From Candidatus Poribacteria bacterium (lineage in GTDB: Bacteria; Poribacteria; WGA-4E; WGA-3G), in assembly GCA_965214095.1 (NCBI GenBank), contig OZ243938.1:4192001-4256000 (forward strand): a DNA stretch of 64,000 bases, read 5' to 3'. The notes below the pieces were generated by a model that was not told the origin of the DNA, made no database searches, and saw only the letters and a program-made list of their open reading frames with translations. Shown here piece after piece: positions 10,226-19,965 of the stretch. Position 1 is the first letter of the stretch, and each line of letters opens with the position of its first letter. The position numbers and the translations under genes were made by a program.

Positions 10226-11485
10226 TCATTGTTGTGAATTTTTTGGTGTTGCTATGAGATACACATAATCCTCACCTACAGTTAGGCTCTTGGGGTGGTT
10301 TTCCTGTAATGATGTTAGTGATAGAAATTCGGGTCTATATGTAAAGAATTCATCCTCAACTGATGACAACCATAATATTGAAAGAAAACCTTTTGCATTT
10401 AGGACATAAAGCAGATTACCTGAAATTTGAAAATCAGTGATAGAACCCATAAATTGTTTATCTTTAGAATTTATCGTTCCGTTGGAGGATACAAGTTTAA
10501 ACTGCTGTAGATTCGTTGTTTCTTCTCTTTCATTAGTATCATCTGATTTTCTGATTGTGGAAGTTAGTTCTGTCTGTGATGAGAGATAGTCAAGATAATC
10601 TCTGTGAATATTGACAAGAGTGGCACCAGTCCGTGTGAGGTGTGGTCGGTCACCTCTTGCAATATAACCTGCATTGTATACCGTAATATGATCTGTTGAT
10701 GTATTCAGTTTTGCCACTCCGACAAATGCAGATGAAGAGCGAACAGAGACATCTTTGCTGTTTTTGATTTGCAAAAAATAACGATCTGTCAGTAAACCTT
10801 GTGTCAACTCATGAGGATAACTTGATTGGCTTGTCAATGGATATTTAACCTGTTCAACCATCTGGCTAGCGTTTTTCGGATATATAAACCTCCAACGATC
10901 AGACAATTTTGCTGTTCTAATGTGTTTAGGTTGTTCATCTCCTCTTGTAAAGACATACAGCGTATTGTTTTCACCCATTACATAGAGAAATGTGTCCCAA
11001 ACATCAAAATCGATGATTGGATTGCGATTAGTTAGATGTTTGGTAACATGAAGAATAGGTTGTGATGGTTCTGATATATCAATGAAATGAAGTTCGTTTT
11101 TTGATCCAACGACAAGAAGACTTTTAAAAACAACAACCTTACCAATTCGATTTTCAAATTCTAAAGATTTCAGGTAGACAGGTTGTTTTGGCGTTGATAC
11201 ATCAATTGTATGTAAGTGGTTTTCAGTAGTAAAGTATGCGTGATTTTCATCAATAACGACATTGTTGTCTGGATTGATGGGATATGGAATTCGAATAGAA
11301 GTAGTGAGTGTTGGATTTTCAATATCTGTTGTATCTACCACAGTGAAAATAGTTTCTTGCGGTTTATCTTCTATAACTGTTTCGGGAGTCTGCTGAAGGA
11401 CACTCAAGCTGCAACCAATATTTAGGATTGCAGTTAACGTTATGAAGGTATAGGTAAGAATTGAAATTGCATTGGTTCTTCGCAC
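10226..11485 (-). CDS. Putative lipoprotein with LVIVD-like beta-propeller repeats
   Basis: Lipobox-like NIGC; repeats LHTIDVSTPKQP and LHFIDISEPSQP. Confidence 0.6.
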   Translation of the reverse strand: MRRTNAISILTYTFITLTAILNIGCSLSVLQQTPETVIEDKPQETIFTVVDTTDIENPTLTTSIRIPYPINPDNNVVIDENHAYFTTENHLHTIDVSTPKQPVYLKSLEFENRIGKVVVFKSLLVVGSKNELHFIDISEPSQPILHVTKHLTNRNPIIDFDVWDTFLYVMGENNTLYVFTRGDEQPKHIRTAKLSDRWRFIYPKNASQMVEQVKYPLTSQSSYPHELTQGLLTDRYFLQIKNSKDVSVRSSSAFVGVAKLNTSTDHITVYNAGYIARGDRPHLTRTGATLVNIHRDYLDYLSSQTELTSTIRKSDDTNEREETTNLQQFKLVSSNGTINSKDKQFMGSITDFQISGNLLYVLNAKGFLSILWLSSVEDEFFTYRPEFLSLTSLQENHPKSLTVGEDYVYLIATPKNSQQ

Positions 11486-11734
11486 TGTTTTGATCTCCTC
11501 ATCGTATTCTGTATTGTCTATGTATGAGCAATATTTGTGCCAGTTTTATGTAGTCCGAAATCGTGGATTTATTGACATTTCAATAACCTAATTGTACATA
11601 TAGGGGCAAACGAAAATAAAAAATGTACATTTTTGTGCAAAAATTCAATAATAGCATATAATGAATATCGTGTTTTAGCAGTTCAAAAAATACTGAGTGT
11701 ATCTTGAAAGAACACGGAACACAAAAAAATGTTC

Positions 11735-11821
11735 GAGGCGCAATAAATTGCGCGACTGCGAGCCTGTGTTCTCGACACTTTGTGGGATTCAGAATATCGG
11801 GGTTAGAAACCCTTCCGACAA
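11735..11821. repeat. Degenerate REP-like hairpins
   Basis: GCGCAATAAATTGCGCGACTGC and CGGGGTTAGAAACCCTTCCGACA resemble reverse-complemented GTAG-foot hairpins seen elsewhere in the window. Confidence 0.45.
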
Positions 11822-11930
11822 GAGGTAGAATGCTATAAGAATAATTCTGTTGATTTCAAATCGTATTTCAAATAGAATATGGTATTATATATGGATTGTT
11901 AAATAGTCATTGAAAAGGACTGAAACACGC

Positions 11931-12386
11931 ATGAATATCCTCGTTCTACACGGACCCAATTTACATCTATTGGGTAGACGACAACCAGAGATTTACGGAG
12001 TCCAAACATTACAGGACATCAATAAAATCCTCGATCAGTTTGTTGCAGCATCTCCGCACGATGTTGTGTTGAAAATAGTGCAATCTAACCATGAAGGTGA
12101 GATCGTATCCATAATCGGAGACCATATAGATTGGGCGGATGGCATTCTGATTAACCCAGCTGCATATACGCATACAAGCATTGCTATCCGTGATGCGCTT
12201 TCAACTGTCGGTGTGCCAGTGATAGAGATTCACCTATCCAATATATATGCCCGTGAAGAATTTCGGCATCATTCGTATATATCGGGGGTTGCGGAAGGTG
12301 TTGTTGGGGGATTTGGTGCGTATAGTTACATCCTTGCCCTTCAAGCGATGATACATATTCTTGGTCCGACTGTGGACGATAATTGA
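11931..12386 (+). CDS. aroQ: Type II 3-dehydroquinate dehydratase
   Basis: HGPNLHLLGRRQPEIYG, QSNHEG, INPAAYTHTSIAIRDA and EIHLSNIYAREEFRH motifs. Confidence 0.97.
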   Translation: MNILVLHGPNLHLLGRRQPEIYGVQTLQDINKILDQFVAASPHDVVLKIVQSNHEGEIVSIIGDHIDWADGILINPAAYTHTSIAIRDALSTVGVPVIEIHLSNIYAREEFRHHSYISGVAEGVVGGFGAYSYILALQAMIHILGPTVDDN

Positions 12387-12399
12387 AAAGGAATTGCAT

Positions 12400-13545
12400 T
12401 TGAAAGAAAAGCCGTTTATACCTTTTAGCCGACCGTGGATAGATGAAACCGAAATAGAAGCCGTTAGCCAAGTTCTTGAATCAAAATGGATTAGTACAGG
12501 AGCACGTGTGCGTGAGTTTGAACGTGCTTTTGCTGAATATCTCGGTGTCAAGCATGCCATTGCAGTGAGTTCATGCACTGCAGCGTTACATCTCAGTCTT
12601 GTAGTTACGGGTATTGGTGTAGGTGACGAAGTTATCACAACGCCTTATACCTTCACTGCTACTGCTGAGGCGATCCGATATGTTGGTGCAAAACCTGTTT
12701 TCGTGGACATCAATCCAGAAACTTTGAATATTGATATAGAGAAGATTGAGTCAGCGGTAACGCCTCGGACAAAAGCGATTATTCCTGTTCATATTGCAGG
12801 ACTCCCTTGTGATATGGATGCGTTGCAAAAAATATGTGAAAAACATAATCTGGTGTTGATAGACGATGCTGCCCATGCTATTCCGACGAGATATAATGGC
12901 AGTTTTATAGGAAATATCGGGGATCTGTCATCATTCAGTTTTTATGCGAATAAAAATATGACTACTGGTGAAGGCGGGATGATTACGACAAATGATGATG
13001 CGCATGCTGAAACACTCAGAACGATGCGATTACACGGTATAGACAAAGATGCTTGGGCACGTCAGTCAAAACGAAGTATTTGGCGATACGACATTACCTC
13101 TGAAGGTTACAAATACAATATGACCGATATTCAAGCTGCTATGGGTCTGTGTCAATTGATGAAGCTCAACAAACAGCATGAACGTCGTCAGAAGTTTTCG
13201 GAAATCTATAACACAGAATTGCGAAAATACTCTCAAATTAAGACACCGTATTATCCGGAAAATGCAAATGAACATGCGTGGCATCTGTATATAATCCAAC
13301 TACAATCAGGCAATCGTGATGATTTTGTTGAATCCTTGCGTGAAGAAAAGATAGAATGTAGTGTCCATTATATCCCATTACATCTTTTTGATTTTTATCA
13401 GAAGCAATATGGGTATAATGTTGGTGATTTTCCGAATGCAGAGGCAGTATTTGAACGTGTTGTTAGTCTCCCCTTGCATCCTGGTTTAACTGAGTCTGAT
13501 GTGTTTCTTGTGATAGAGACTATAGGTAAAGTTTTGGATTCATAG
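12400..13545 (+). CDS. DegT/DnrJ/EryC1/StrS PLP-dependent aminotransferase
   Basis: SSCTAALH, DDAAHA and SFYANKNMTTGEGG (PLP lysine) motifs. Probable TTG start. Confidence 0.93.
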   Translation: MKEKPFIPFSRPWIDETEIEAVSQVLESKWISTGARVREFERAFAEYLGVKHAIAVSSCTAALHLSLVVTGIGVGDEVITTPYTFTATAEAIRYVGAKPVFVDINPETLNIDIEKIESAVTPRTKAIIPVHIAGLPCDMDALQKICEKHNLVLIDDAAHAIPTRYNGSFIGNIGDLSSFSFYANKNMTTGEGGMITTNDDAHAETLRTMRLHGIDKDAWARQSKRSIWRYDITSEGYKYNMTDIQAAMGLCQLMKLNKQHERRQKFSEIYNTELRKYSQIKTPYYPENANEHAWHLYIIQLQSGNRDDFVESLREEKIECSVHYIPLHLFDFYQKQYGYNVGDFPNAEAVFERVVSLPLHPGLTESDVFLVIETIGKVLDS

Positions 13546-13571
13546 TTGAATTTAGATAGTACATTTCTGTT

Positions 13572-14090
13572 ATGTCAAATGCTAAACTCTATCAAATCAT
13601 TCCCAGTGAAGTATGTTTTTCTTGTGATGTATGTTGTCGGTTTTTGGAGTCAGACAGTCCACTCGCACCAATCTTCACAAAAGATGAGAAACAATGCCTG
13701 TTATCACAAGGAACAGATGCCTCTTTATTCCGCCATAGAGAGGATGGAATCAGTTCACAAATTGCGTTAAAACCGTATAAAGACTATTATATCTGTCCAT
13801 TCTTTGAAACAGAAACAAATAAGTGTTCTATCTACGCTTATCGTCCACTTGATTGCCAACTTTATCCTTTCGCGCTGATGTATAATGAAGACCGAAGTAG
13901 TGTTGTGTTGGGTGTTGATATGCTTTGCCCTCATTCGGAAGCGTATTTTGAGACAGACGTGTTTCAACAGCATTTGCAATTAATCATAGACTACATTGAG
14001 ACAGATAAGGTGAAGCAGATAATTGCAACACACTGGAGTCTTATAGGAACCTATCAAGACACAGTGAAGGTATTTCATACGCTCAATTAA
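13572..14090 (+). CDS. YkgJ-family cysteine-cluster (CxxCxxCC) protein
   Basis: CFSCDVCC, CPFF and CSIYAYRPLDCQLYPF motifs. Confidence 0.85.
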   Translation: MSNAKLYQIIPSEVCFSCDVCCRFLESDSPLAPIFTKDEKQCLLSQGTDASLFRHREDGISSQIALKPYKDYYICPFFETETNKCSIYAYRPLDCQLYPFALMYNEDRSSVVLGVDMLCPHSEAYFETDVFQQHLQLIIDYIETDKVKQIIATHWSLIGTYQDTVKVFHTLN

Positions 14091-14099
14091 GATTCCTGT

Positions 14100-15014
14100 A
14101 TGGAACTACACCCATTAACCCTTAAATCAAAATCTGTTTTCGATTCGTTTGCTTCCAGAATAGGGACGCAGCTTGCGAGTTATGCTTTTGCTCCACATTA
14201 TATATGGAGTCAGCATTTTGAGTATTATTGGACTATAATAGCGGATCATTTCTGTGTTTTTGCAGAATATGGAGAAGACTATTTTTTACCAATTCTACCA
14301 ATTGGACAACCTTTTTCTTATGAAGTTGCAATAGCGGCATTCAACTATTGCTTGGAATCAAATAAGAATCCACAGATTGCACGTATTGAGAATGTGCCAG
14401 AGTCGTTTCTTTTGGATTTTAGAAGCGAGAAGTATCATATTGTTCAGAAAGAGACAGAATATATTTATAGAACTGAAAATCTTGTAAATTTGAGTGGGAG
14501 TGGATATAAGAGCAAAAGAAATGCTTATAATGCTTTTGTCGCACGTTATCCTTCAGCAAAACTGACACCCTTTCATAAGGATGATATGGAGACGTGCTTT
14601 GAATTGTATGATTGCTGGCACAGATCACGTGCTGAATGTTGTGACGACGAGATTTATCTTGCAATGCTTGCTGATTCTGGAAGTGCCCATAGAATAGGGA
14701 TAACACATGCACAGGACCTTGGTCTGATTGGTAGCGTTGTCCGTATTGAAGGTGAAATCAAAGCATATACTTTTGGTTATCCATTGAACTCGGATATGTT
14801 TTGTGTGCTTTTTGAAATATCCGATCTAAGTATCCATGGACTCGCGCAGTTTATCTACCGTGAATTCTGTAGAGTCTTAATGCAAAAATATAAGTGGGTA
14901 AACGCGATGGACGATTCTGGCTTAGAAAACCTGAAACGAGTGAAACAATCCTATCACCCTGCAGACTTGCTTCCATCCTATACCGTATATGAAAACCGCA
15001 TTGATATTTCTTAA
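14100..15014 (+). CDS. DUF2156 protein (MprF C-terminal-like tRNA-dependent aminoacyltransferase fold)
   Basis: EYIYRTENLVNLSGSGYKSKRN and WVNAMDDSGLENLKRVKQSYHP are typical of stand-alone DUF2156 proteins. Confidence 0.85.
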   Translation: MELHPLTLKSKSVFDSFASRIGTQLASYAFAPHYIWSQHFEYYWTIIADHFCVFAEYGEDYFLPILPIGQPFSYEVAIAAFNYCLESNKNPQIARIENVPESFLLDFRSEKYHIVQKETEYIYRTENLVNLSGSGYKSKRNAYNAFVARYPSAKLTPFHKDDMETCFELYDCWHRSRAECCDDEIYLAMLADSGSAHRIGITHAQDLGLIGSVVRIEGEIKAYTFGYPLNSDMFCVLFEISDLSIHGLAQFIYREFCRVLMQKYKWVNAMDDSGLENLKRVKQSYHPADLLPSYTVYENRIDIS

Positions 15015-15711
15015 TGGATATTATAATACACGTCATCTGGACTTTTATCGGCAAGAAGTCGTGTGTGCTGTGAAAAACAGTTACCCGCTTATTTGTGCTG
15101 ATGGTGGTATTCGTATCTTTGATCTTTTGAATAATGATGAAGGAAAACCTATCATCCCTGATGTGCTAATTGGTGATATGGATTCAGTTAAAGGAAATCA
15201 AGTTGAAGCAAAGCAGATTATTGAAGAATGGGTTGGACAAATTGATAAAGATATGACGGATGGACAGTTAGCGGTGAAATATGCTTTGGATACATATAGT
15301 TGCAGCCATATTATCCTGTATGGTGGGTTACCGAAACCGGGAGGATATGAAACGGATCATTTTCTTGGGAATCTGAAGTTAATGCGGTTTGGACATTTTC
15401 ATACTAAGGAAAAACATGAGGACTACAAAGTTGAAATGCGTGATCCGTATCAGACGATTCATTATGTGTTATCAGGATTAGATTTAATGCGTAAGAATAA
15501 GGGACTGCAAAGAGTATCGCTTATAGCCGAAGAACCGCATGTAGTTGTAAAGAGTAGTGAAAATCTACGATGGGATTTGACGTCCCTTCATATACATCCT
15601 GACTTGTCAAACGCACTTCGCAATGAATTTGTAGAAGGTGCGGAACATGTGAAGATAGAATTAACGGAAGAGTCCGCACCTGTCTATGTGATTCACAATT
15701 GGTATGATTAG
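14989..15711 (+). CDS. thiN: Thiamine diphosphokinase-like protein
   Basis: ICADGG, IGDMDS, KDMTDG and DHFLGNL motifs. Confidence 0.75.
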   Translation: MKTALIFLNGYYNTRHLDFYRQEVVCAVKNSYPLICADGGIRIFDLLNNDEGKPIIPDVLIGDMDSVKGNQVEAKQIIEEWVGQIDKDMTDGQLAVKYALDTYSCSHIILYGGLPKPGGYETDHFLGNLKLMRFGHFHTKEKHEDYKVEMRDPYQTIHYVLSGLDLMRKNKGLQRVSLIAEEPHVVVKSSENLRWDLTSLHIHPDLSNALRNEFVEGAEHVKIELTEESAPVYVIHNWYD

Positions 15712-16670
15712 GAGTCGATTAGGATATTCTTGAGTGTCTGGATATCGATATTCCCTCCACTCATAATCATGACCACATTTTGTCCCTTTAATTCATCAGC
15801 AAGTTTAAATGCTGCTGCGAGTGCAGCAACCCCAGCCCCTTCTGCTAAATTATGAGTATATCGTAGTGCTGATAGTATTGCTTCTTGGATTTCATCTTCA
15901 CTGACTAATATAATGTCGTGGACTCCACTTTTGATGATTGAGAACGGTATTGGGAAAGGTACACGTGTTGCCAGACCGTCTGCGATAGTATCACATGTAT
16001 CGGTTTCAACATACTTTCCTGTTTTCCAAGTGCGGTAAATTGCGGGAGCATTCTCAGCCTGAACACCGATGATATTTACTGTGGGATTTATTGCCTTTGC
16101 GACGGTAATTGCCCCGCTTATACCACTCCCACCACCGATAGGAACAATAATCGTATCAACATTGGGTAGGTCTTCAAAGATTTCAAGAGAATATGTGCCT
16201 ACACCGTGTACGAGTTCAGGTTCCATACATGGGTGAATGTAGTATAAACCACGTTCATCTTTTATTTTTTCACACAATGCGCGTGCTTCATCAAAATCAT
16301 CTCCATGTTCAATTAATTCTGCACCATAAGCCTGCATTGCAGAGTTTTTTTCTGGATTATTTCCGTGTGGAACAACGATAGTCGCTTTTACGCCGAACAG
16401 TGCTGCAGCATAAGCGATAGACTGCCCGTGATTGCCGCGTGTTGCAGTAATTACACCTTGTTTTTTGTTTGCAGCAGGTAATTTAGACATAAAATTAATT
16501 CCGCCACGCACTTTGAAACTTCTTGTAGGGAGATGATTCTCATGTTTGATGTATGCTTCAAATCCCAGTTTATCAGATAATTCATGATAGTATCGTAATG
16601 GTGAAGGTTTTAGGTAATTGTATACAATTTGTCTTGCTGTAACAATTCCGTGTAATGAAACAGTATGCAT
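15708..16670 (-). CDS. PLP-dependent threonine/serine dehydratase family protein
   Basis: SFKVRG PLP lysine, TRGNHGQ, PIGGGSG and SGGNID motifs; no ACT domain. Confidence 0.88.
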   Translation of the reverse strand: MHTVSLHGIVTARQIVYNYLKPSPLRYYHELSDKLGFEAYIKHENHLPTRSFKVRGGINFMSKLPAANKKQGVITATRGNHGQSIAYAAALFGVKATIVVPHGNNPEKNSAMQAYGAELIEHGDDFDEARALCEKIKDERGLYYIHPCMEPELVHGVGTYSLEIFEDLPNVDTIIVPIGGGSGISGAITVAKAINPTVNIIGVQAENAPAIYRTWKTGKYVETDTCDTIADGLATRVPFPIPFSIIKSGVHDIILVSEDEIQEAILSALRYTHNLAEGAGVAALAAAFKLADELKGQNVVMIMSGGNIDIQTLKNILIDS

Positions 16671-16686
16671 TTTTCTCCTATTTGTT

Positions 16687-16728
16687 GTTATTTGTTAGTT
16701 GTTATTTGTTAGTTGTTATTTGTTAGTT
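16687..16728. repeat. Tandem repeat, 3 x 14 bp (GTTATTTGTTAGTT)
   Basis: Read directly; lies just upstream of the RBS of the minus-strand dehydratase. Confidence 0.9.
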
Positions 16729-16854
16729 GAAGAGTTTAGTTTACAGTCATTATGTTATAATATTTTTGAAATTAAAAACAGATATATTATACCATAATCC
16801 TTACCAAATTGGTAATCATTTTTATGTTTCGGACACTTCTATTAAATTATTGTA

Positions 16855-16884
16855 TTGACAGTGACCACTTTATCAAGATATAAT
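16855..16884 (+). promoter_or_regulatory. Sigma70-type promoter
   Basis: TTGACA-N18-TATAAT, 33 bp upstream of the ATG at 16918. Confidence 0.75.
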
Positions 16885-16917
16885 GTCTATAGATTACATT
16901 GAGAAAGCATACACATA

Positions 16918-19227
16918 ATGCGTTTCACATATTTTTTACCAGTATGGGTAATAGTTCTTAGCATACTTATTGCGGTTGGTATTACTGTATATGGGTATAT
17001 CAGAATTGAGCGACCAATACAGAGTGTGCTAAGGTATTCACTAATAGTATTACGTTTTGTAGCAATTGCTATTCTGCTTTGTTGCCTATTAGCCCCTGTT
17101 ATCATAGAAAAGAAAGATGTTACACCGCCAACGCATCTCTCCATTTTGGTAGATACGTCTCGGAGTATGCAGCTTGAAGATAACTCTCTTGGCAAATCAG
17201 ATATTTCGCGAATAGATCAAGTAAGCAACCTTCTTTTTAATGAATCAAGTCAATTTGTTCAGAATCTAAAGAGTGAATACAATGTGCATCTTTACAGTTT
17301 TGATTCAACTCTAAGGGAAGAGATAACGGGTGTAGATAAGTTAGCACCAGAAGGGTCGCTTACGAATATATTATCTGCGATTGAAGAAACGGCACAGAAA
17401 TGGCGCGGTCAACCGAATGCAGGTATCATCATAATTACAGATGGTGCACATAACGCTTCAACATTATCTGTTGGAGATATTGCAGCATTGAAGACACCAA
17501 TCTATACAGTTGGAGTCGGTTCACCACAACCACCAAAAGATATACTGATTCAGAATGTTGATGTTCTACCTATTGCTTATACTGGACATGAAACGGTCAT
17601 CCGCATAAATGTTGTGCAGACAGGATATGACGAGGAGTCAGTCCGTGTTTCTCTTCGCGAGTTTGGATCAAATCGGCTTGTTGATGCATCCATTCTAAAT
17701 TTCCCTGAGTCTGATGTTGAGCAGTCTGTAATGTTAAATGGACAACGATTGATGAAAGGAACACAACACCTCGTTGAACTCAAACTAACACCACAGACAG
17801 AAGGGAATTTCCAATATAAAATCATACTGCCAACATTAGACGGAGAACTTACGGATACTAACAATGAAAAGACCTTTTCACTGAAGGTGGTGAAGGCAAA
17901 ACTAAATGTGTTGTATTTTGAAGGCAGACCGCGCTGGGAATACACATTTCTCAAGCGGACATTGGAACGTGATCCTGATATTGAACCGATATTTACTATA
18001 CTGACTAAGAAAACAGATCCAGAATCGTTACTCGTGGGAAACGATGGCTATTATCCCCAAACCAATGATACAGACCTTTCTCGCTTTCCAGAGACTCAAG
18101 ATGAACTCTTAAAATATGATGTGTTGATATTAGGGGATTTAACCGCTGAACATCTCAAAACGGCACAACAACAATTAATAGTTGACTTTGTAGAACAATA
18201 TGGAAAATCAGTTATATTTCTGCCATCACATAATGCATTAGGTGTAGACGGGTTTAGGAACACAAGACTTGCACAGATACTTCCTATACAAATTCCGTCT
18301 GATGGCTGTTTAGAACAGGAAGTAGAATTCTCTGTTGAGTTAACACAGCCTGGCATGTTTCACCCAATTCTACAACTCTCCGATACTTTAGACAGCAACA
18401 GAAAGATGTGGCAGAATCTACCGTCGCTTACCCGTTCATATCGCAGATTCCAACTTAGGGCGGGGGCAACAACTTTGATTACAAAACAGAACGGTGAACC
18501 GATTCTGATTTTTCAACGCGTGGGTCTTGGCAAAAGTCTATTATTTGCGGCTGAAGGAATATGGAATTGGCACTTTGGTGTGAACGCATATAAAGATACT
18601 ACATACCAATCCGTATATCCACGTTTTTGGGCACAAACACTGAGATGGATGTCACAACAGTCGGATGGAAATCGGATTTATCTTACAACATCCTCACCGA
18701 CTTATGCACAAGGCGATACGGTCTCAATCAACATAAGGGCATATTCACTTACTATGCATCCGCAGGATGATGCAGAAATTCGGTTAACGGTTACTACACC
18801 AGACGGTACTACATTTCCACTGAAAACACACACGGAGTCAACGGACGCACAAGCGGGTACTGTTGGGAATTATACCGCACAGTTAAAAGTTGATGAAATA
18901 GGTGCATACAAGATACGTGCTGTTGGTCAATCAGGTAATATATCGTTAGGAGAAGATGAGATTGAGTTTTTTGTTCATCCGCAACTTATTGAATTAGAAG
19001 CACCTCAACTGAACGTTTCGTTACTTACAGAACTAACTGAAAAGACGGGTGGTGTATATGTCAATATAGAGGATGCCCATTCTATCATAGACAAAATCAG
19101 CGATATTCAGGAACCTGTCTTTGTTGATACAGAACGTGACCTGTGGGCACATCCCTTTATTTTAATTGCAGTCGTAGGGTTGTTGGGTGCGGAATGGTTT
19201 ATACGAAAACGTATCGGTTTAATATAA
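16918..19227 (+). CDS. Membrane vWA-domain protein with glutamine-amidotransferase-like domain
   Basis: Two N-terminal TM segments, MIDAS DTSRS and ITDG, EGRPRWEYTFLKR, and a C-terminal TM followed by EWFIRKR. Confidence 0.8.
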   Translation: MRFTYFLPVWVIVLSILIAVGITVYGYIRIERPIQSVLRYSLIVLRFVAIAILLCCLLAPVIIEKKDVTPPTHLSILVDTSRSMQLEDNSLGKSDISRIDQVSNLLFNESSQFVQNLKSEYNVHLYSFDSTLREEITGVDKLAPEGSLTNILSAIEETAQKWRGQPNAGIIIITDGAHNASTLSVGDIAALKTPIYTVGVGSPQPPKDILIQNVDVLPIAYTGHETVIRINVVQTGYDEESVRVSLREFGSNRLVDASILNFPESDVEQSVMLNGQRLMKGTQHLVELKLTPQTEGNFQYKIILPTLDGELTDTNNEKTFSLKVVKAKLNVLYFEGRPRWEYTFLKRTLERDPDIEPIFTILTKKTDPESLLVGNDGYYPQTNDTDLSRFPETQDELLKYDVLILGDLTAEHLKTAQQQLIVDFVEQYGKSVIFLPSHNALGVDGFRNTRLAQILPIQIPSDGCLEQEVEFSVELTQPGMFHPILQLSDTLDSNRKMWQNLPSLTRSYRRFQLRAGATTLITKQNGEPILIFQRVGLGKSLLFAAEGIWNWHFGVNAYKDTTYQSVYPRFWAQTLRWMSQQSDGNRIYLTTSSPTYAQGDTVSINIRAYSLTMHPQDDAEIRLTVTTPDGTTFPLKTHTESTDAQAGTVGNYTAQLKVDEIGAYKIRAVGQSGNISLGEDEIEFFVHPQLIELEAPQLNVSLLTELTEKTGGVYVNIEDAHSIIDKISDIQEPVFVDTERDLWAHPFILIAVVGLLGAEWFIRKRIGLI

Positions 19228-19241
19228 AATTGTAATTTGTT

Positions 19242-19922
19242 ATGCTCAATAGATGTTTTTCCAGAATAAAATTAATCGTCTGCTGTCTTTTCCTATTCTT
19301 TTCTATAATAGGTACAAAAGACGCAGGGGAACTCTTTACAATTGCACAAGTTCAGTATGGCGGTGGCGGAGATTGGTATGGTGATCCATCTGCAATTGGC
19401 AATTGGCTCAAGTTGTTACGTGATCGGACAGATATTGAAACGGCAGATGACCGCGTAATACTTAAACTAACTGATCATGTGCTTTATCAATATCCCCTGC
19501 TATATCTTGTAGGACATGGTAATGTTCGGTTGACAGAAAACGAAGTGTCTGCATTACGACAATATCTTACAAACGGAGGCTTCCTTTTTGTAAATGATGA
19601 TTACGGATTAGACGAAAGTTTCCGTAGGGAGATAGGACGGGTATTTCCGGATCAGGAGTTGCAGCCAATTCCTAATAACCATCATATTTATCACTGTTTT
19701 TATGATTTACCGGGACTTCCAAAAATCCATGAACACGATTCAGAACCTGCGCAAGGTTTTGGTCTATTTCATGATGGTAGGATGGTGGTTTTCTATGCAT
19801 ACAGTGCGGATATTGGTGATGGCTTGGAAGATACGAGAGTACATCCTGATGACACGCCAGAAGTGCGTGAACTTGCGTCAAGAATGGCTGTGAACATCGC
19901 TGTATATGTGTTGACTCAATAA
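19242..19922 (+). CDS. DUF4159 domain protein
   Basis: YGGGGDWY, LRQYLTNGGFLFVNDD and DIGDGLE motifs. Confidence 0.85.
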   Translation: MLNRCFSRIKLIVCCLFLFFSIIGTKDAGELFTIAQVQYGGGGDWYGDPSAIGNWLKLLRDRTDIETADDRVILKLTDHVLYQYPLLYLVGHGNVRLTENEVSALRQYLTNGGFLFVNDDYGLDESFRREIGRVFPDQELQPIPNNHHIYHCFYDLPGLPKIHEHDSEPAQGFGLFHDGRMVVFYAYSADIGDGLEDTRVHPDDTPEVRELASRMAVNIAVYVLTQ

Positions 19923-19965
19923 CTTTATCAAATGTTTATAGGTCAATATGAACAAAGGGAGAACA

